Source of the DNA: a candidate division FCPU426 bacterium
Lineage (GTDB): Bacteria; Oederibacteriota; Muellerivitia; Muellerivitales; Muellerivitaceae
DNA: 64,000 bases
Reading direction: 5' to 3'
Assembly (NCBI GenBank): GCA_963847625.1
Contig: CAWKAR010000033.1
Location: 79,780 to 143,779, forward strand
Of the stretch, positions 1 to 9,887 are shown piece after piece (positions within the stretch are counted from its first letter, which is position 1; the number at the start of each line of letters is the position of its first letter). The position numbers were made by a program, and so were the translations under genes. Under the pieces are notes generated by a model, which had not been told where the DNA came from, did no database searches, and was given only the letters and a program-made list of their open reading frames with translations.

Positions 1-2817
1 CATTTCCAAAGGTTGGGCGGGACCTTCGGGCACCTGGAGGAACTGAAAAGCTTCCTGAAACGAAACCACTCCCTGTTGACTCCACCTGAAAGCCAAGCCT
101 TGCCCGACAGCGCAGATTTCAGGCGAGCACTGAAAAAATTTCTCCAAAAGGTCCATCCATTGGCGTCTTCTTGCAAAGACTCCTCGGACGGACTTTTCGA
201 AGCCCTTCAACAATTCCAGGGTGATTGCGCCTTCCTGGGCACAGTTTCGCCGGAAGAGATGGTTTTTGGGCTGGCGGTCCTGGAGATCCCCAAGACCGCA
301 AAGAAGGGGAACCAGAAAAATTGGGACAAGACGGTTCTGGACAATATCCGGCGGGAATTTTCCCTGCTTTCCGGGGAGCATGAAATATTTTCCGCCGCCT
401 TCAAGAACGCGGTGGTTTTAAACATCGTCCACTGGCTCTGGGATTACCTAAAGGAGTTCGAGGAGAAGAAAAACCGCCAGGGATTCCTGGACTTTGACGA
501 CCTGCTTATGAGGACCCGGAACCTTTTGAAAGACCATCCCGAAGCCCGGGAGGAATTGAAGAAGCGGCTCGATTATCTGCTGGTGGACGAGTTCCAGGAT
601 ACGGATCCCCTGCAGGTGGAAATCGTCTTTTTCCTCGCGGAAAAAGAAGGAAAAAGCGAGACAAATTGGAAAAAGGTAAAGTTGAAACCCGGCAAACTTT
701 TTCTGGTGGGGGACCCCAAGCAAAGCATTTACCGGTTCCGCAGGGCGGACGTGGAAATTTACGAGGAAACCAAGAAACTGGTGACGGGTAACGGTGGGCG
801 GGTGGAATTGCTCACGGAGAATTTCAGGACCGTGGGGAGCCTGGTCGACTGGGTCAATGCGAGATTCCCGTCCCTTTTCACAGGAACCCCCATCCAGTAC
901 AGCGCCCAAAACCCCAGCCGGAGGGAAAAAAGACCCCCAAAGGCCATTCCGCCACTTATTGGAATCCGGATCGCCGTCCCGCCGGACGAGAAAACAGCCA
1001 AGGCTTCCTTGCGTCATCGGGAAGCGGAATGGACTGCGGCCTTCATCAGTGAAAAACTTCTCAAGGGCGGTTGGACCCTGTCGGACCCCAAGACCCACGA
1101 GTTGCGGCCGGTTGAGCCGGGGGACCTGGCGGTTCTTTTCCGGGATTTGTCCAACGAGAACGAGGAATTTTGGGAGGAAGCCTTCCGCAAGCGGAACCTG
1201 TCCTACCAGATCGTCGGGGGCAAACGGTTTTACAAGCGCCCCGAGATCGTAGCCCTTTCCACGCTCCTTAACTGCCTTTCCTCGCCCGCCGACGAGGCGG
1301 CCTGCGTGGCGGCCCTGAGAAGCTCTCTGTTCGGGTTTACGGACGAGAAAATCTTCCTGCACCGATCCTCCGGAGGCGTTTTTCAATTCCTAAAGCCGGC
1401 CCAGAAGGATATGGAAGAAGCTTTCAGTTTGTTACGCGATCTTTACGAGAAGACCCGCACTCTTTCGGTGTCGGAAACCTTGACCCAGTTCCTCGAAAAA
1501 ACCAACCTGCTCGCGGTGGTGGCGGCCCAACCCCACGGGGAACAGCGGGTGGCCAACCTCCTCAAGGTCGTGGACCAAGCCCGTGAGTTGGAAACTTCCC
1601 AGCATTTCACCTATCGCGCTTTTACCCAATGGCTGGCGGCCCAGCAGGAAGACGAAACCATGGAAGGGGAGGCCCCGGGGCCCGACTCCTCGGAGAACCG
1701 CGTCACGCTCATGACCATCCACAAGGCCAAGGGCCTGGAATTTCCCGTGGTGATTGTCTCGGGAGCCGCCTCCGACAGCAAGGATTCGGGCAGCCTGCTG
1801 GAACGTAAGAATTCGGCCGGCGCCTATAAAGCGGGAAATATAGATTTGGGGCTGAGGACCTTGAACTATGAAGGAGTCCGCTCCGAGGAGCAAATCCAGT
1901 GGGAAGCCGAAAATACACGCCTGCTTTATGTGGCCGCTACCCGGGCGATGGAATGCCTCATCCTGCCCTTTTTTCAGTTACCGATGGACTCCAGAATAAA
2001 ATCGGAGGACCTCTTTCTCGCACCTTTACTGGCTGGCTTGGAAACCTCCCCTGCCCAGGGCTGGGTGGATTTGAATCCCGGCGGAAAAATTTGGGTGGAA
2101 AACCCGGAGCCGGGGAAAGTTTCCCAGGAAGATCCTCCCGCTTTGGTGGTGGATTTGGACGAAAAACTTCTTAAAACCCCGGAAGCCAAAGTCGAAAAGG
2201 AAAAAATTTCTGCGCAGGAAGAGTCGCGAAGGCAAAAAATCCTAAAACTTGTGGGCATTCCGGAATTCCAATCGATTACTAGCAAACTTTCGGTGGATGA
2301 GGACAAGCAGGGACGCCAACGGGAAATCCTGGAGGAGGAAGAAACAAGGTTTTCTTCCCCCGGCGGGAAGGATTTCGGAAGCCTGGTCCACTTGCTCTTG
2401 GAAAAAGGCTGGGATTGGAACTCCGAAACCCTTTCCCGGGCGGCTCTTCTTTACGGCGAGAAGCTGGGTGTTTCCAAAGAGGAGGCGGAGGAAGCGGCGA
2501 AATTGGCCGAAAGAGCCGTAAAAAGCGATCTTCTTCAAAGGGCCAGAAAAGCAGACAGGGTTTTCCATGAATTACCTGTGACCGGCGCCCTTGAGAAGGG
2601 TAGCTTTCTCAACGCCGTCATCGACCTGGCTTTTCTGGAAGGGGACGAATGGGTGCTGGTGGATTACAAGACGGACCGGGACATGGAAAAAGAAAAGGAC
2701 AAGTACCAAAAACAATTAGGGTATTACGCCACCCTTCTAACCAATATAACCGGGTACCCGGTTAAGGAAACCTGGCTTTATTTTTTGCGGGATCCACAGG
2801 GCCCCCGGATCCTATAA
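1..2817 (+). CDS. addA: UvrD/AddA-type SF1 helicase with C-terminal PD-(D/E)xK nuclease, 5'-truncated by window edge
   Basis: Frame open from base 1. Helicase motifs LVDEFQDTD, GDPKQSIYRFR, MTIHKAKGLEF and RLLYVAATRA; C-terminal RecB-type nuclease motif IDL...VDYKTD. Confidence 0.85.
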   Translation, partial: HFQRLGGTFGHLEELKSFLKRNHSLLTPPESQALPDSADFRRALKKFLQKVHPLASSCKDSSDGLFEALQQFQGDCAFLGTVSPEEMVFGLAVLEIPKTAKKGNQKNWDKTVLDNIRREFSLLSGEHEIFSAAFKNAVVLNIVHWLWDYLKEFEEKKNRQGFLDFDDLLMRTRNLLKDHPEAREELKKRLDYLLVDEFQDTDPLQVEIVFFLAEKEGKSETNWKKVKLKPGKLFLVGDPKQSIYRFRRADVEIYEETKKLVTGNGGRVELLTENFRTVGSLVDWVNARFPSLFTGTPIQYSAQNPSRREKRPPKAIPPLIGIRIAVPPDEKTAKASLRHREAEWTAAFISEKLLKGGWTLSDPKTHELRPVEPGDLAVLFRDLSNENEEFWEEAFRKRNLSYQIVGGKRFYKRPEIVALSTLLNCLSSPADEAACVAALRSSLFGFTDEKIFLHRSSGGVFQFLKPAQKDMEEAFSLLRDLYEKTRTLSVSETLTQFLEKTNLLAVVAAQPHGEQRVANLLKVVDQARELETSQHFTYRAFTQWLAAQQEDETMEGEAPGPDSSENRVTLMTIHKAKGLEFPVVIVSGAASDSKDSGSLLERKNSAGAYKAGNIDLGLRTLNYEGVRSEEQIQWEAENTRLLYVAATRAMECLILPFFQLPMDSRIKSEDLFLAPLLAGLETSPAQGWVDLNPGGKIWVENPEPGKVSQEDPPALVVDLDEKLLKTPEAKVEKEKISAQEESRRQKILKLVGIPEFQSITSKLSVDEDKQGRQREILEEEETRFSSPGGKDFGSLVHLLLEKGWDWNSETLSRAALLYGEKLGVSKEEAEEAAKLAERAVKSDLLQRARKADRVFHELPVTGALEKGSFLNAVIDLAFLEGDEWVLVDYKTDRDMEKEKDKYQKQLGYYATLLTNITGYPVKETWLYFLRDPQGPRIL

Positions 2818-2819
2818 AA

Positions 2820-4940
2820 CTAAGGGGAGGAAACATCCAACTCCCTGATTTCCTGAAGGAGCAAAGGGTTTCCGGGGGATTGAACAAGCGCTTTTTCGAA
2901 CATCCGCCGGGCGTCAGACTTTTCACCTTCTGTGGCCAATAACCGGCCATATTTTTCACATAAAACCTCGTCCCGGTAACTCTTTCCAAAGGATTGTTGA
3001 AACAGATTGGAAAAAGTATGTCCATTCACCCAGGCGTCCTCCGGGTGGAAAGTCTTCTCCCAAGAATAATTGAAAAGCAATTTCTCGAAAAACAGGGATT
3101 GGAGAAATGGATCGGGAGGGAGAGAGGGATAAAATTCTATCAACCTCGTCAAGATTTTCCGCCGGTTTTGACGGGATGGAATATCGATTATTTGCAAATT
3201 GATTTCTTGATTGAAGGCGTAAAAATCTTTCCAAGAGTTGAATAAGGGAACCAATTTGGGATTTAAAGAAAAAAAGCCCAGCGAATACCGGCTGGAGATT
3301 CCAGTTTGTCCAATCGGCAGATTCAACCAACGGCTTTGGGGAAATCGAGCGGAAAGAAAGGGAACGTATTGCCTCTCAGTGAACAACGCCGCCCATTGGA
3401 TCGACACATCTGGAAGTTTCGGATTCAAGGCGGCATTAAAGAAATAACTGCAGTAGGTTAATGAGTATTCCGGCGGATTAGTGACCATGTCGGAAAAAAC
3501 GAAACCGGGGCCTTGTTCTTTAGAAGTCAAATTTAAGAAATCAAAGTAAGCCTTTTGCTCATTTTGGGAATGCAAGTTGATGATCCCGGAGCGGCTGACA
3601 TCGATGCAGGAGGAGAGAAGAATGAAGGCAATAAGGACCGGAATTCTTTTCCCGGGGTTTAAACTAAGAATAAGGGCTTGGAGGCCAATGACGGTAAAAA
3701 TAAGAAGTATGGGAAGAACGAGCAATATCCGGTGGAATTCGATATCGCGGGAAAGTATTCCCGGCAGCAGAAACAAAACAGCGGCCCCGCCTAAGAACCG
3801 GGAAACGGGTTCCCTACGGAATTTGTACAGTTCGACCAACCCCACGAAAAAACAGGAACTTAGGATTACATTCAGGAATCCGCCCCCGAAAGGCCGCCAG
3901 GTTCCTTCTGCAAGGCCTCCGAAGAAAAGACCCGAACCATAGCTGCCGATGAGGCGAACCTGCTTCATCCAATCAAAACCATTCATAAGGGAGTTATCCA
4001 TAAGATAACCGCCATATTTTTCCGTCCGGATGGAATAAAGAAAAGGCAATAAAGAAAGGATGAAAAATAATATAAATATAAAAGCGGCTCCGATATTATT
4101 TTTAAAGTCTTTCCATAGAATCCAACTCATGGTGACGAAAATCAGAAGAAATAAAACTGGCCAGGGGAAGAAAGTATAGGGACCTAATCCCAGAAACAAA
4201 CCCAACCCGCAGGCCCAGTATTTCCGCTTTGAAGGACCGGATTTTAAGAATCGTCCCAAGAAATAAAGGACGCCGAATTCCCAAAGCGGAAGCGTGATCC
4301 CCGGAAGAAAAACGTTGCTGATGGTGAGCAACCAGTAATGAAAAGCCATCAAGGCAATAAGAATAAAAGCGATTAAACGGGAAAAGTAAATTCGGGCTGC
4401 GTGGTACCCCGCCCAGAGTGTCAATATGGAAATAACCGCAGGCGGGATTTGGGTCCCTAAAAGAGGGGCGTGGGTTGTTTTTAAGACCAGATAACAAAGA
4501 TAGCTTAAAGTGCTGGGTATCTGAGAAATATTGACGAATGGAATCCAACGCCAATGATTAAATAAGGCGACGGCTTCGAGGGCATTCAAACTCTCATCCC
4601 CGCCCGGCCACCAGTCCGAACAGCCCAGTTTGTAGATCCTTAGAACAAGCGATGAGAGGAGAAAGACCAGCCAAATAGGTTGTAATATGGAAACACCTGT
4701 TAATTGGCTCTCTAAAACAAAGGAAGGTTTTTCATTGAGGGGAGGGGTACGGGAAAATTTTAGGAATAAGAAAAGCGGAACCATAAGACCCAACAGCAGG
4801 ATGAAAAGCTTCGTGTTCATGGGCCATGAAAAGTATGTTAGAAGAATTTCAGCGATTAATACGACAAAAAAGAAAACCCATGGATGGTGTGAAAGATTCA
4901 AATCCTGAAAAAACGGGGTTTTTAAAGAATGATTTTTCAT
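2820..4940 (-). CDS. GT-C fold (PMT/ArnT-like) membrane glycosyltransferase, paralog family A, C-terminal TPR-like helices
   Basis: Many TM segments; RIYKL...WPGGDES loop with acidic pair; GGFLN; DPFL; TPR-like ending (ARRMFEKALVQSP). Confidence 0.8.
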   Translation of the reverse strand: MKNHSLKTPFFQDLNLSHHPWVFFFVVLIAEILLTYFSWPMNTKLFILLLGLMVPLFLFLKFSRTPPLNEKPSFVLESQLTGVSILQPIWLVFLLSSLVLRIYKLGCSDWWPGGDESLNALEAVALFNHWRWIPFVNISQIPSTLSYLCYLVLKTTHAPLLGTQIPPAVISILTLWAGYHAARIYFSRLIAFILIALMAFHYWLLTISNVFLPGITLPLWEFGVLYFLGRFLKSGPSKRKYWACGLGLFLGLGPYTFFPWPVLFLLIFVTMSWILWKDFKNNIGAAFIFILFFILSLLPFLYSIRTEKYGGYLMDNSLMNGFDWMKQVRLIGSYGSGLFFGGLAEGTWRPFGGGFLNVILSSCFFVGLVELYKFRREPVSRFLGGAAVLFLLPGILSRDIEFHRILLVLPILLIFTVIGLQALILSLNPGKRIPVLIAFILLSSCIDVSRSGIINLHSQNEQKAYFDFLNLTSKEQGPGFVFSDMVTNPPEYSLTYCSYFFNAALNPKLPDVSIQWAALFTERQYVPFLSARFPQSRWLNLPIGQTGISSRYSLGFFSLNPKLVPLFNSWKDFYAFNQEINLQIIDIPSRQNRRKILTRLIEFYPSLPPDPFLQSLFFEKLLFNYSWEKTFHPEDAWVNGHTFSNLFQQSFGKSYRDEVLCEKYGRLLATEGEKSDARRMFEKALVQSPGNPLLLQEIRELDVSSP

Positions 4941-4947
4941 TATCGCC

Positions 4948-5163
4948 TCAGTGGAAAAGTGGAAAAGCCAGGCAGCCGATTGTAATCAACCGCCAATCGG
5001 CGGCCAGGAAAGGCGCGCCTATTCCAATCAAGGCCACCCATAATTTAAAAACCAAGGATGCCGGAGCGCAGTTAAGGAAAAGGCCGGAAAGTGTCCAAAT
5101 AACCACCAAGAAAATAGGTGAAAGCCTATCGCCGGGTGTAAGGATCTTCTTATTCAATTTCAA
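4948..5163 (-). pseudogene. N-terminal stub (two TM helices) of a family A GT-C paralog, or a small membrane protein
   Basis: PIFLVVIWTLSGLFLNCAPASLVFKLWVALIGIGAP resembles paralog N-termini such as PWPFFWLFALVNGLLAYVPLPLQAKLWIGFLGWLLP; stops after 71 aa. Confidence 0.5.
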
Positions 5164-5275
5164 GGATTTACCTCCAGTGCTTTTAGAACCGGGGTGGCAG
5201 GCAATAAACCGGTTTTAGTAGACAATAGGAATTCTTTTTGCCTGCCGCCAAACCGCTATCAAGAAAATTCTCAAT

Positions 5276-5638
5276 TTACCGGATACCCGTGGCTTTCAAC
5301 CATTCGTTCAAATGCTTATCGATCCCATTCAACCGTTTCACCCATCGGTCATGCAGTTCTTGTGAAAGAAGCACCTTTTTCAGGCAGAGAGACATCAAGG
5401 GCACGCATTCGTGGGTGAGGGCGACCGCATCCTGGAGGAACTTTTGGGTACGCGCCGCACTTTTGGATTTCTGGGCATTGGAAACGGCCTGCGAAAGCGC
5501 GTGAACTTTGCGTTTCAATCTCTCGACAGCGGCGTTTTTCAAGGCCCAGGGCAAGTGCTGGTAGGTCTTGTTGAGCTCACTCGCCAGGTCGTCACACAAA
5601 GTGGCAAGGTTGATATTCAAAAAGTCGGATTCCGTCAC
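5276..5638 (-). CDS. Four-helix-bundle protein (bAvd / 23S rRNA IVP-like)
   Basis: 120 aa amphipathic helical pattern; C-terminal HDRWVKRLNGIDKHLNEWLK resembles the Avd-family ending (W..L.EIG..L.GW.K). Confidence 0.6.
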   Translation of the reverse strand: MTESDFLNINLATLCDDLASELNKTYQHLPWALKNAAVERLKRKVHALSQAVSNAQKSKSAARTQKFLQDAVALTHECVPLMSLCLKKVLLSQELHDRWVKRLNGIDKHLNEWLKATGIR

Positions 5639-5790
5639 CTAAAGATTATAGCCACTCGATTGCTTTTGGAATGGTGGAATTATTTTTAAACGTTGGCTAC
5701 CACGTCATCCTCCCTAAAGCCATGATCAATGGTTCGCTTAGAAACTCAAAATTGATTCTTTTTTTGTGGGAAAGTTGGCAGGGGCCACCG

Positions 5791-7983
5791 TTATTGGACA
5801 TGTATTTTTTTGAGTTGATTTTGTTCCAGACGATCCAGCTTTTCTAAAGTTTCCTTAGGCGGACGGAAAAATGGATCTAATCGTCCCGCTATTTCATAGG
5901 ACCGCCGAGCTTCGTGGTATTTCCCCGATGCAAAAAAAAGGTTTCCTAAGAAATGGTAGTTTTCGGCAGAAGGATAACCTTTCTTTAAACCCCATTGAAC
6001 AGCCGAAAGAATCCTTGATTCGGGTTGTCCGGCCGACATCAAGTTATCGACAACCACTTTCCAAAAATGGGACTCTAAAAAAAGATCGCTCTTAAAGAGT
6101 TTATGATTTTCAAAGAGCCGGTAGTTCATGTCTTCACGGAAATGCAAATTCACTGGATTTAAGCTTTCATAAAACAAATCCTGGAGGAATAAATTGGCAA
6201 TGGACCACCGCTGGAAAGTTTCAGTATTTTGATTTGTGAGGGATGTCACCATCATCCAATAACGATGAGGAGGAGCGTTTGGGTATAAAGAAGGTCCTAG
6301 CTCAAACCATTTTGATTTTGGAAACCTTTGACTTAGAAACAACACGTCAGGTGTTTCAACCAATACAGCCGCCCAACGTGCCTTTTCAAAGCCCAGGGAG
6401 GAATTTCTTTGAGCATCGAAAGGAAAGCAAGCCACCGTCAGGCTTTGCTCCTTCGGATCTTTTCCCAAGCAGGTTGTGAACTCATTCAAAACTAATCCAG
6501 GCTCGCGTGTAACTTGAATCTGCTTCAGTATTTGGTATGCGTCGTAACACTGCCGTTGTTTGGCGTATTGTTCCCATTTTTCCGGGTGGGATTTCCAAAA
6601 ATTAGGATAGATCCAAGATAAATGAAAAAAATCTATTCCAAAGGAACAAAGACAGATCATTCCCAGAAAGTAGACGGTTTTTTCCCCTGGGAGTCTTATT
6701 AACAACACTTGAAAACCAAGCGCCACACAGAATAACAAGAGGGGTAATACTGGAAGAATTCGAAATATCTCAAAATTACTTGTCAAAAAACCGGGCAGAA
6801 GAAAAAGAAGGAAAGCACCCATGATCCAACGTACCCATGGATGACGCCGTTGTTGAACAAGTTCAATTAGTCCTAAAAAAAATAAGGTATCCATCAAAGG
6901 ATTGAGAAAGCCTCCCCAAAGGGGCCTGTAACCGAACTCATGAATTTCTGGGTCTATTCCCCAAAAAAGGGCAGTTAAGTAGGAACCGGCGATTTGTAGG
7001 TAATGAATCAAGGAAATATTATTTTTAAAGACCCAAAGACTTTCGAGGTAAGTATTTGTTGGAAGATTTACGTATTGGATAATCAAAGGAATCAGAAGTA
7101 AAAAAATCGGGAGAAATCCGATTAAAAAGAGAAATATCTGTTGGCCCGTTTTTTTAATTGAACGCAGGGAGCAAAGATAGGCTATGCCGATCATGAACGC
7201 GATGAGAGGCCAGTGGAGATTGATATAGAAACCAAGACCCAGGCCAAGACTCAGGCATAAACCCCTTCGAATTTTTAACTCAAAAGATCGCGCATGCAGG
7301 TAATGACCCAGAAGAAGCAGACAAAAACACTCCCAAAAGGGAATTAGAATGGGGGAAATATTAAATCGCCCAAGATAGAGGGGCCAGAAACAAAATGACC
7401 AAAATAACGCCATTAAAGTAGAGAAAGATTTCGAAAAAAAATGTCTGGAAGCCAAGTATCCCATAGTCAATGTTCCCATTGAAATTAAAGCGGGAAAAAG
7501 CCAAAGCGAAAACAGGGAAGGAGGAATAATTTTGAAAAAAAGAGCTAATAACCAATAAAAACCTGGTGGCAAATGACTGATGCCGAAGAAAAGATTCCAA
7601 TGCCATTGGTGATTCAATTGCGTGGCAAAAAAAGCAGAAGCACCTTCGTCGGTTGTGGGCCAGACCGGAAGGTCGGTAAGTTTGTAAAGCCGTACGGCCA
7701 AAGCCAGCCCGATCAGGGTGGTCCAGAACCAAAGGGGCAAGGCCGGTAAGGATTCATATGCCCAAGGAGGTTTATTCTTTGGCTCGGGAGCATGGCGGAC
7801 CAGGATGGCGGCGGCCATAATGGGAAGGAAACCCAGCAGGAAAATCCAAAATTGTCCCGACAAAGGGAGGGGGGCATAAGACAATATGGCACTCAATAAT
7901 CCAAGAGAAACAAAGTAGATCCATGGATTTTTAGGCAAGGCTTGAGTAAATTGGGCATGGTCGGATGAGAAATTCCAAGTCAA
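5791..7983 (-). CDS. GT-C glycosyltransferase, family A, with TPR
   Basis: RLYKLTDLPVWPTTDEG, PPGFY, WGGFLNP, KGYP and TPR (LGNLFFASGKYHEARRSYE). Confidence 0.85.
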   Translation of the reverse strand: MTWNFSSDHAQFTQALPKNPWIYFVSLGLLSAILSYAPLPLSGQFWIFLLGFLPIMAAAILVRHAPEPKNKPPWAYESLPALPLWFWTTLIGLALAVRLYKLTDLPVWPTTDEGASAFFATQLNHQWHWNLFFGISHLPPGFYWLLALFFKIIPPSLFSLWLFPALISMGTLTMGYLASRHFFSKSFSTLMALFWSFCFWPLYLGRFNISPILIPFWECFCLLLLGHYLHARSFELKIRRGLCLSLGLGLGFYINLHWPLIAFMIGIAYLCSLRSIKKTGQQIFLFLIGFLPIFLLLIPLIIQYVNLPTNTYLESLWVFKNNISLIHYLQIAGSYLTALFWGIDPEIHEFGYRPLWGGFLNPLMDTLFFLGLIELVQQRRHPWVRWIMGAFLLFLLPGFLTSNFEIFRILPVLPLLLFCVALGFQVLLIRLPGEKTVYFLGMICLCSFGIDFFHLSWIYPNFWKSHPEKWEQYAKQRQCYDAYQILKQIQVTREPGLVLNEFTTCLGKDPKEQSLTVACFPFDAQRNSSLGFEKARWAAVLVETPDVLFLSQRFPKSKWFELGPSLYPNAPPHRYWMMVTSLTNQNTETFQRWSIANLFLQDLFYESLNPVNLHFREDMNYRLFENHKLFKSDLFLESHFWKVVVDNLMSAGQPESRILSAVQWGLKKGYPSAENYHFLGNLFFASGKYHEARRSYEIAGRLDPFFRPPKETLEKLDRLEQNQLKKIHVQ

Positions 7984-8235
7984 TTCATTTTCTCCCCACG
8001 GAAGAGGCTTTTCTCCAATAGGAAAATTCCAATCGAAGAAATTTTTTCGGCAAATTTTCCATATTTTTTAATCTTAACACACCTTTTCAAAGGGTCCAAT
8101 TTGAATCCCAAACTTTTCATCCAGAAACCCTTTTGTGCCGGAACCAAGTTCCTTTTCCCGTCGTTTTTTTATCGCCTGACCAGTGTGGAAGATATAATTT
8201 AGAATCACTCTTGAAAATTCAGAAAGAAGTTCTCA

Positions 8236-9777
8236 TTGAATCGAGAAGAAAAAACCAAGGTCTTCGAGTATATCGCTTTTACCATAATGGCGGTAATCAT
8301 TTGCCTGGAGCGATGGCACACCTACCTGGAACCGCTCGAGCGGGACATTACGACTTACGCAGTCATTGGACACGAACTGCTTTCAGGCAGAAAACTTTAT
8401 TCGGATCTTTGGGATTGCAAACCTCCCGTCCTTTACTTTTCCTTTTCCATGGCGGAAGTCCTGGCCGGATACGGTCCCTCCGAAATCTACCTGCTCAATA
8501 TCCTAACGGGCCTTTTGACCCTGTGGGGCGTGTACCGGGCGGGCTGCCGGATCGGCGGAAGGGCAGGAGGCCTGTGGGCTTCCCTTTTTTGGTCGGTTCT
8601 TTCAGGTGACCTTTACCTTCAAGCCAACCAGCCGAATATCGAAGTTTTCCTTAACGCATGCCTCACTTGGGCTTTTGTCTTTTGGCTGGGAGTCGGCGAA
8701 AAAAAATTTGATGCGCGAAAGGGGGCGGCCGTCGGGTTTTTACTTGCTTTAGCCTCGCTTTATAAACATGTTTTCATTTTCAGTGACATCCTGATGGGCC
8801 TGCTTTACCTGGGTTTACAATGGAAAAATCATCTTGCCAGGCGAGCCGCTTATTCCATGGTTCTTTGGATTTTTGGGTTTTTATCCGCAACCTGGGTCCT
8901 CCTGGTGGGGTACTTCGCCCTGACCCAGCGGATAAAAGACTTCATAGGCGCTATCGTTATCTACAATTTTTTCAACAATCACTTCGGTGTTGGCCGGGTT
9001 TCCATTTTTCTAGAGTTCTTCCAACACAATCAAACCGGTATGGAATTCCCGATTTTTATCCTACCCCTTTTGTTGTTGAGCTTAGGAGGGATTTTATTCC
9101 GCGATGAAAAAAATATTCAACCTTGGCTTTTATGGTTGGTTTTTCTCATTTCCTCTGAAGCCGCCCTTTTTGCACCTGGTCTCTTCCTTCCCCATTATTA
9201 CCAACTCCTGCTGCCATGGCTTGTGATCGGAGGAGGTTGGAGTTCGGCCCGATTGGGACAAGTCCTTTCTGGTCGATGGAAAAAAACTTCCCTTTTACCC
9301 GGAATTCTCGTGCTCCTTATCCTGATTTTCCATGAAGCGCCCTTTTACCAGTGGCCGGCGGTGACTTGGTCGGAAAAAAAATACGGGGACGTTTTTACAC
9401 AAACGGTCGATTTGGCGAAAAGGGTCGATCAAATCCTAGAACCAGGTGAGACCTTTTATGAATGGGGGAACGAAACGGGCCTTTATTTTCTGACAAAAAG
9501 GTCCCCTCCTTGTGGGCTTTTTTATGGTTTTCCGCTGATGATTTCCAACTTGACGGATACCTTAAGCCTCAAAACCATTGAGCAACTGGGAAAAAACAAA
9601 CCCGAGCTTTTCATTTTTTACACAGGTTATCTGCCAGAAGGCTGGGGGCGGAATCCTCTAATGGTTTGGCTCCGGGAACATTACCGATTATTGCCTGGTG
9701 AAAAAAAAGGGGGGAAATTCCTTTTTCTGATGCGAAAAGGAGGGCGTTTGGAAAAAAGGCTTTCCGATAAGATCTGA
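8236..9777 (+). CDS. GT-C (GT39/ArnT-like) glycosyltransferase, paralog family B
   Basis: LERDITTYAVIGHELLSGRKLYSDLWDCKPP, ANQPNIE, PHYY; about 11 TM; homologous to 28012..29598. Confidence 0.8.
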   Translation: MNREEKTKVFEYIAFTIMAVIICLERWHTYLEPLERDITTYAVIGHELLSGRKLYSDLWDCKPPVLYFSFSMAEVLAGYGPSEIYLLNILTGLLTLWGVYRAGCRIGGRAGGLWASLFWSVLSGDLYLQANQPNIEVFLNACLTWAFVFWLGVGEKKFDARKGAAVGFLLALASLYKHVFIFSDILMGLLYLGLQWKNHLARRAAYSMVLWIFGFLSATWVLLVGYFALTQRIKDFIGAIVIYNFFNNHFGVGRVSIFLEFFQHNQTGMEFPIFILPLLLLSLGGILFRDEKNIQPWLLWLVFLISSEAALFAPGLFLPHYYQLLLPWLVIGGGWSSARLGQVLSGRWKKTSLLPGILVLLILIFHEAPFYQWPAVTWSEKKYGDVFTQTVDLAKRVDQILEPGETFYEWGNETGLYFLTKRSPPCGLFYGFPLMISNLTDTLSLKTIEQLGKNKPELFIFYTGYLPEGWGRNPLMVWLREHYRLLPGEKKGGKFLFLMRKGGRLEKRLSDKI

Positions 9778-9800
9778 GATCACAAGAGTCGCTGTTCCAT

Positions 9801-9887
9801 TTAAAAGTCCCCATGGAATTCAAGCAATTTTCGAAGAAAAGAAGGCCAAGGATTAATCGAAAGGTTGGAAAGAATCCGGGATTTCAT
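9801..9887 (-). pseudogene. 28-codon N-terminal remnant of a family A GT-C paralog
   Basis: ATG overlaps the TGA of the upstream paralog (ATGA). Reads MKSRILSNLSINPWPSF..., matching MKSHNKTRSKNLFQNPWPFF. Confidence 0.5.
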
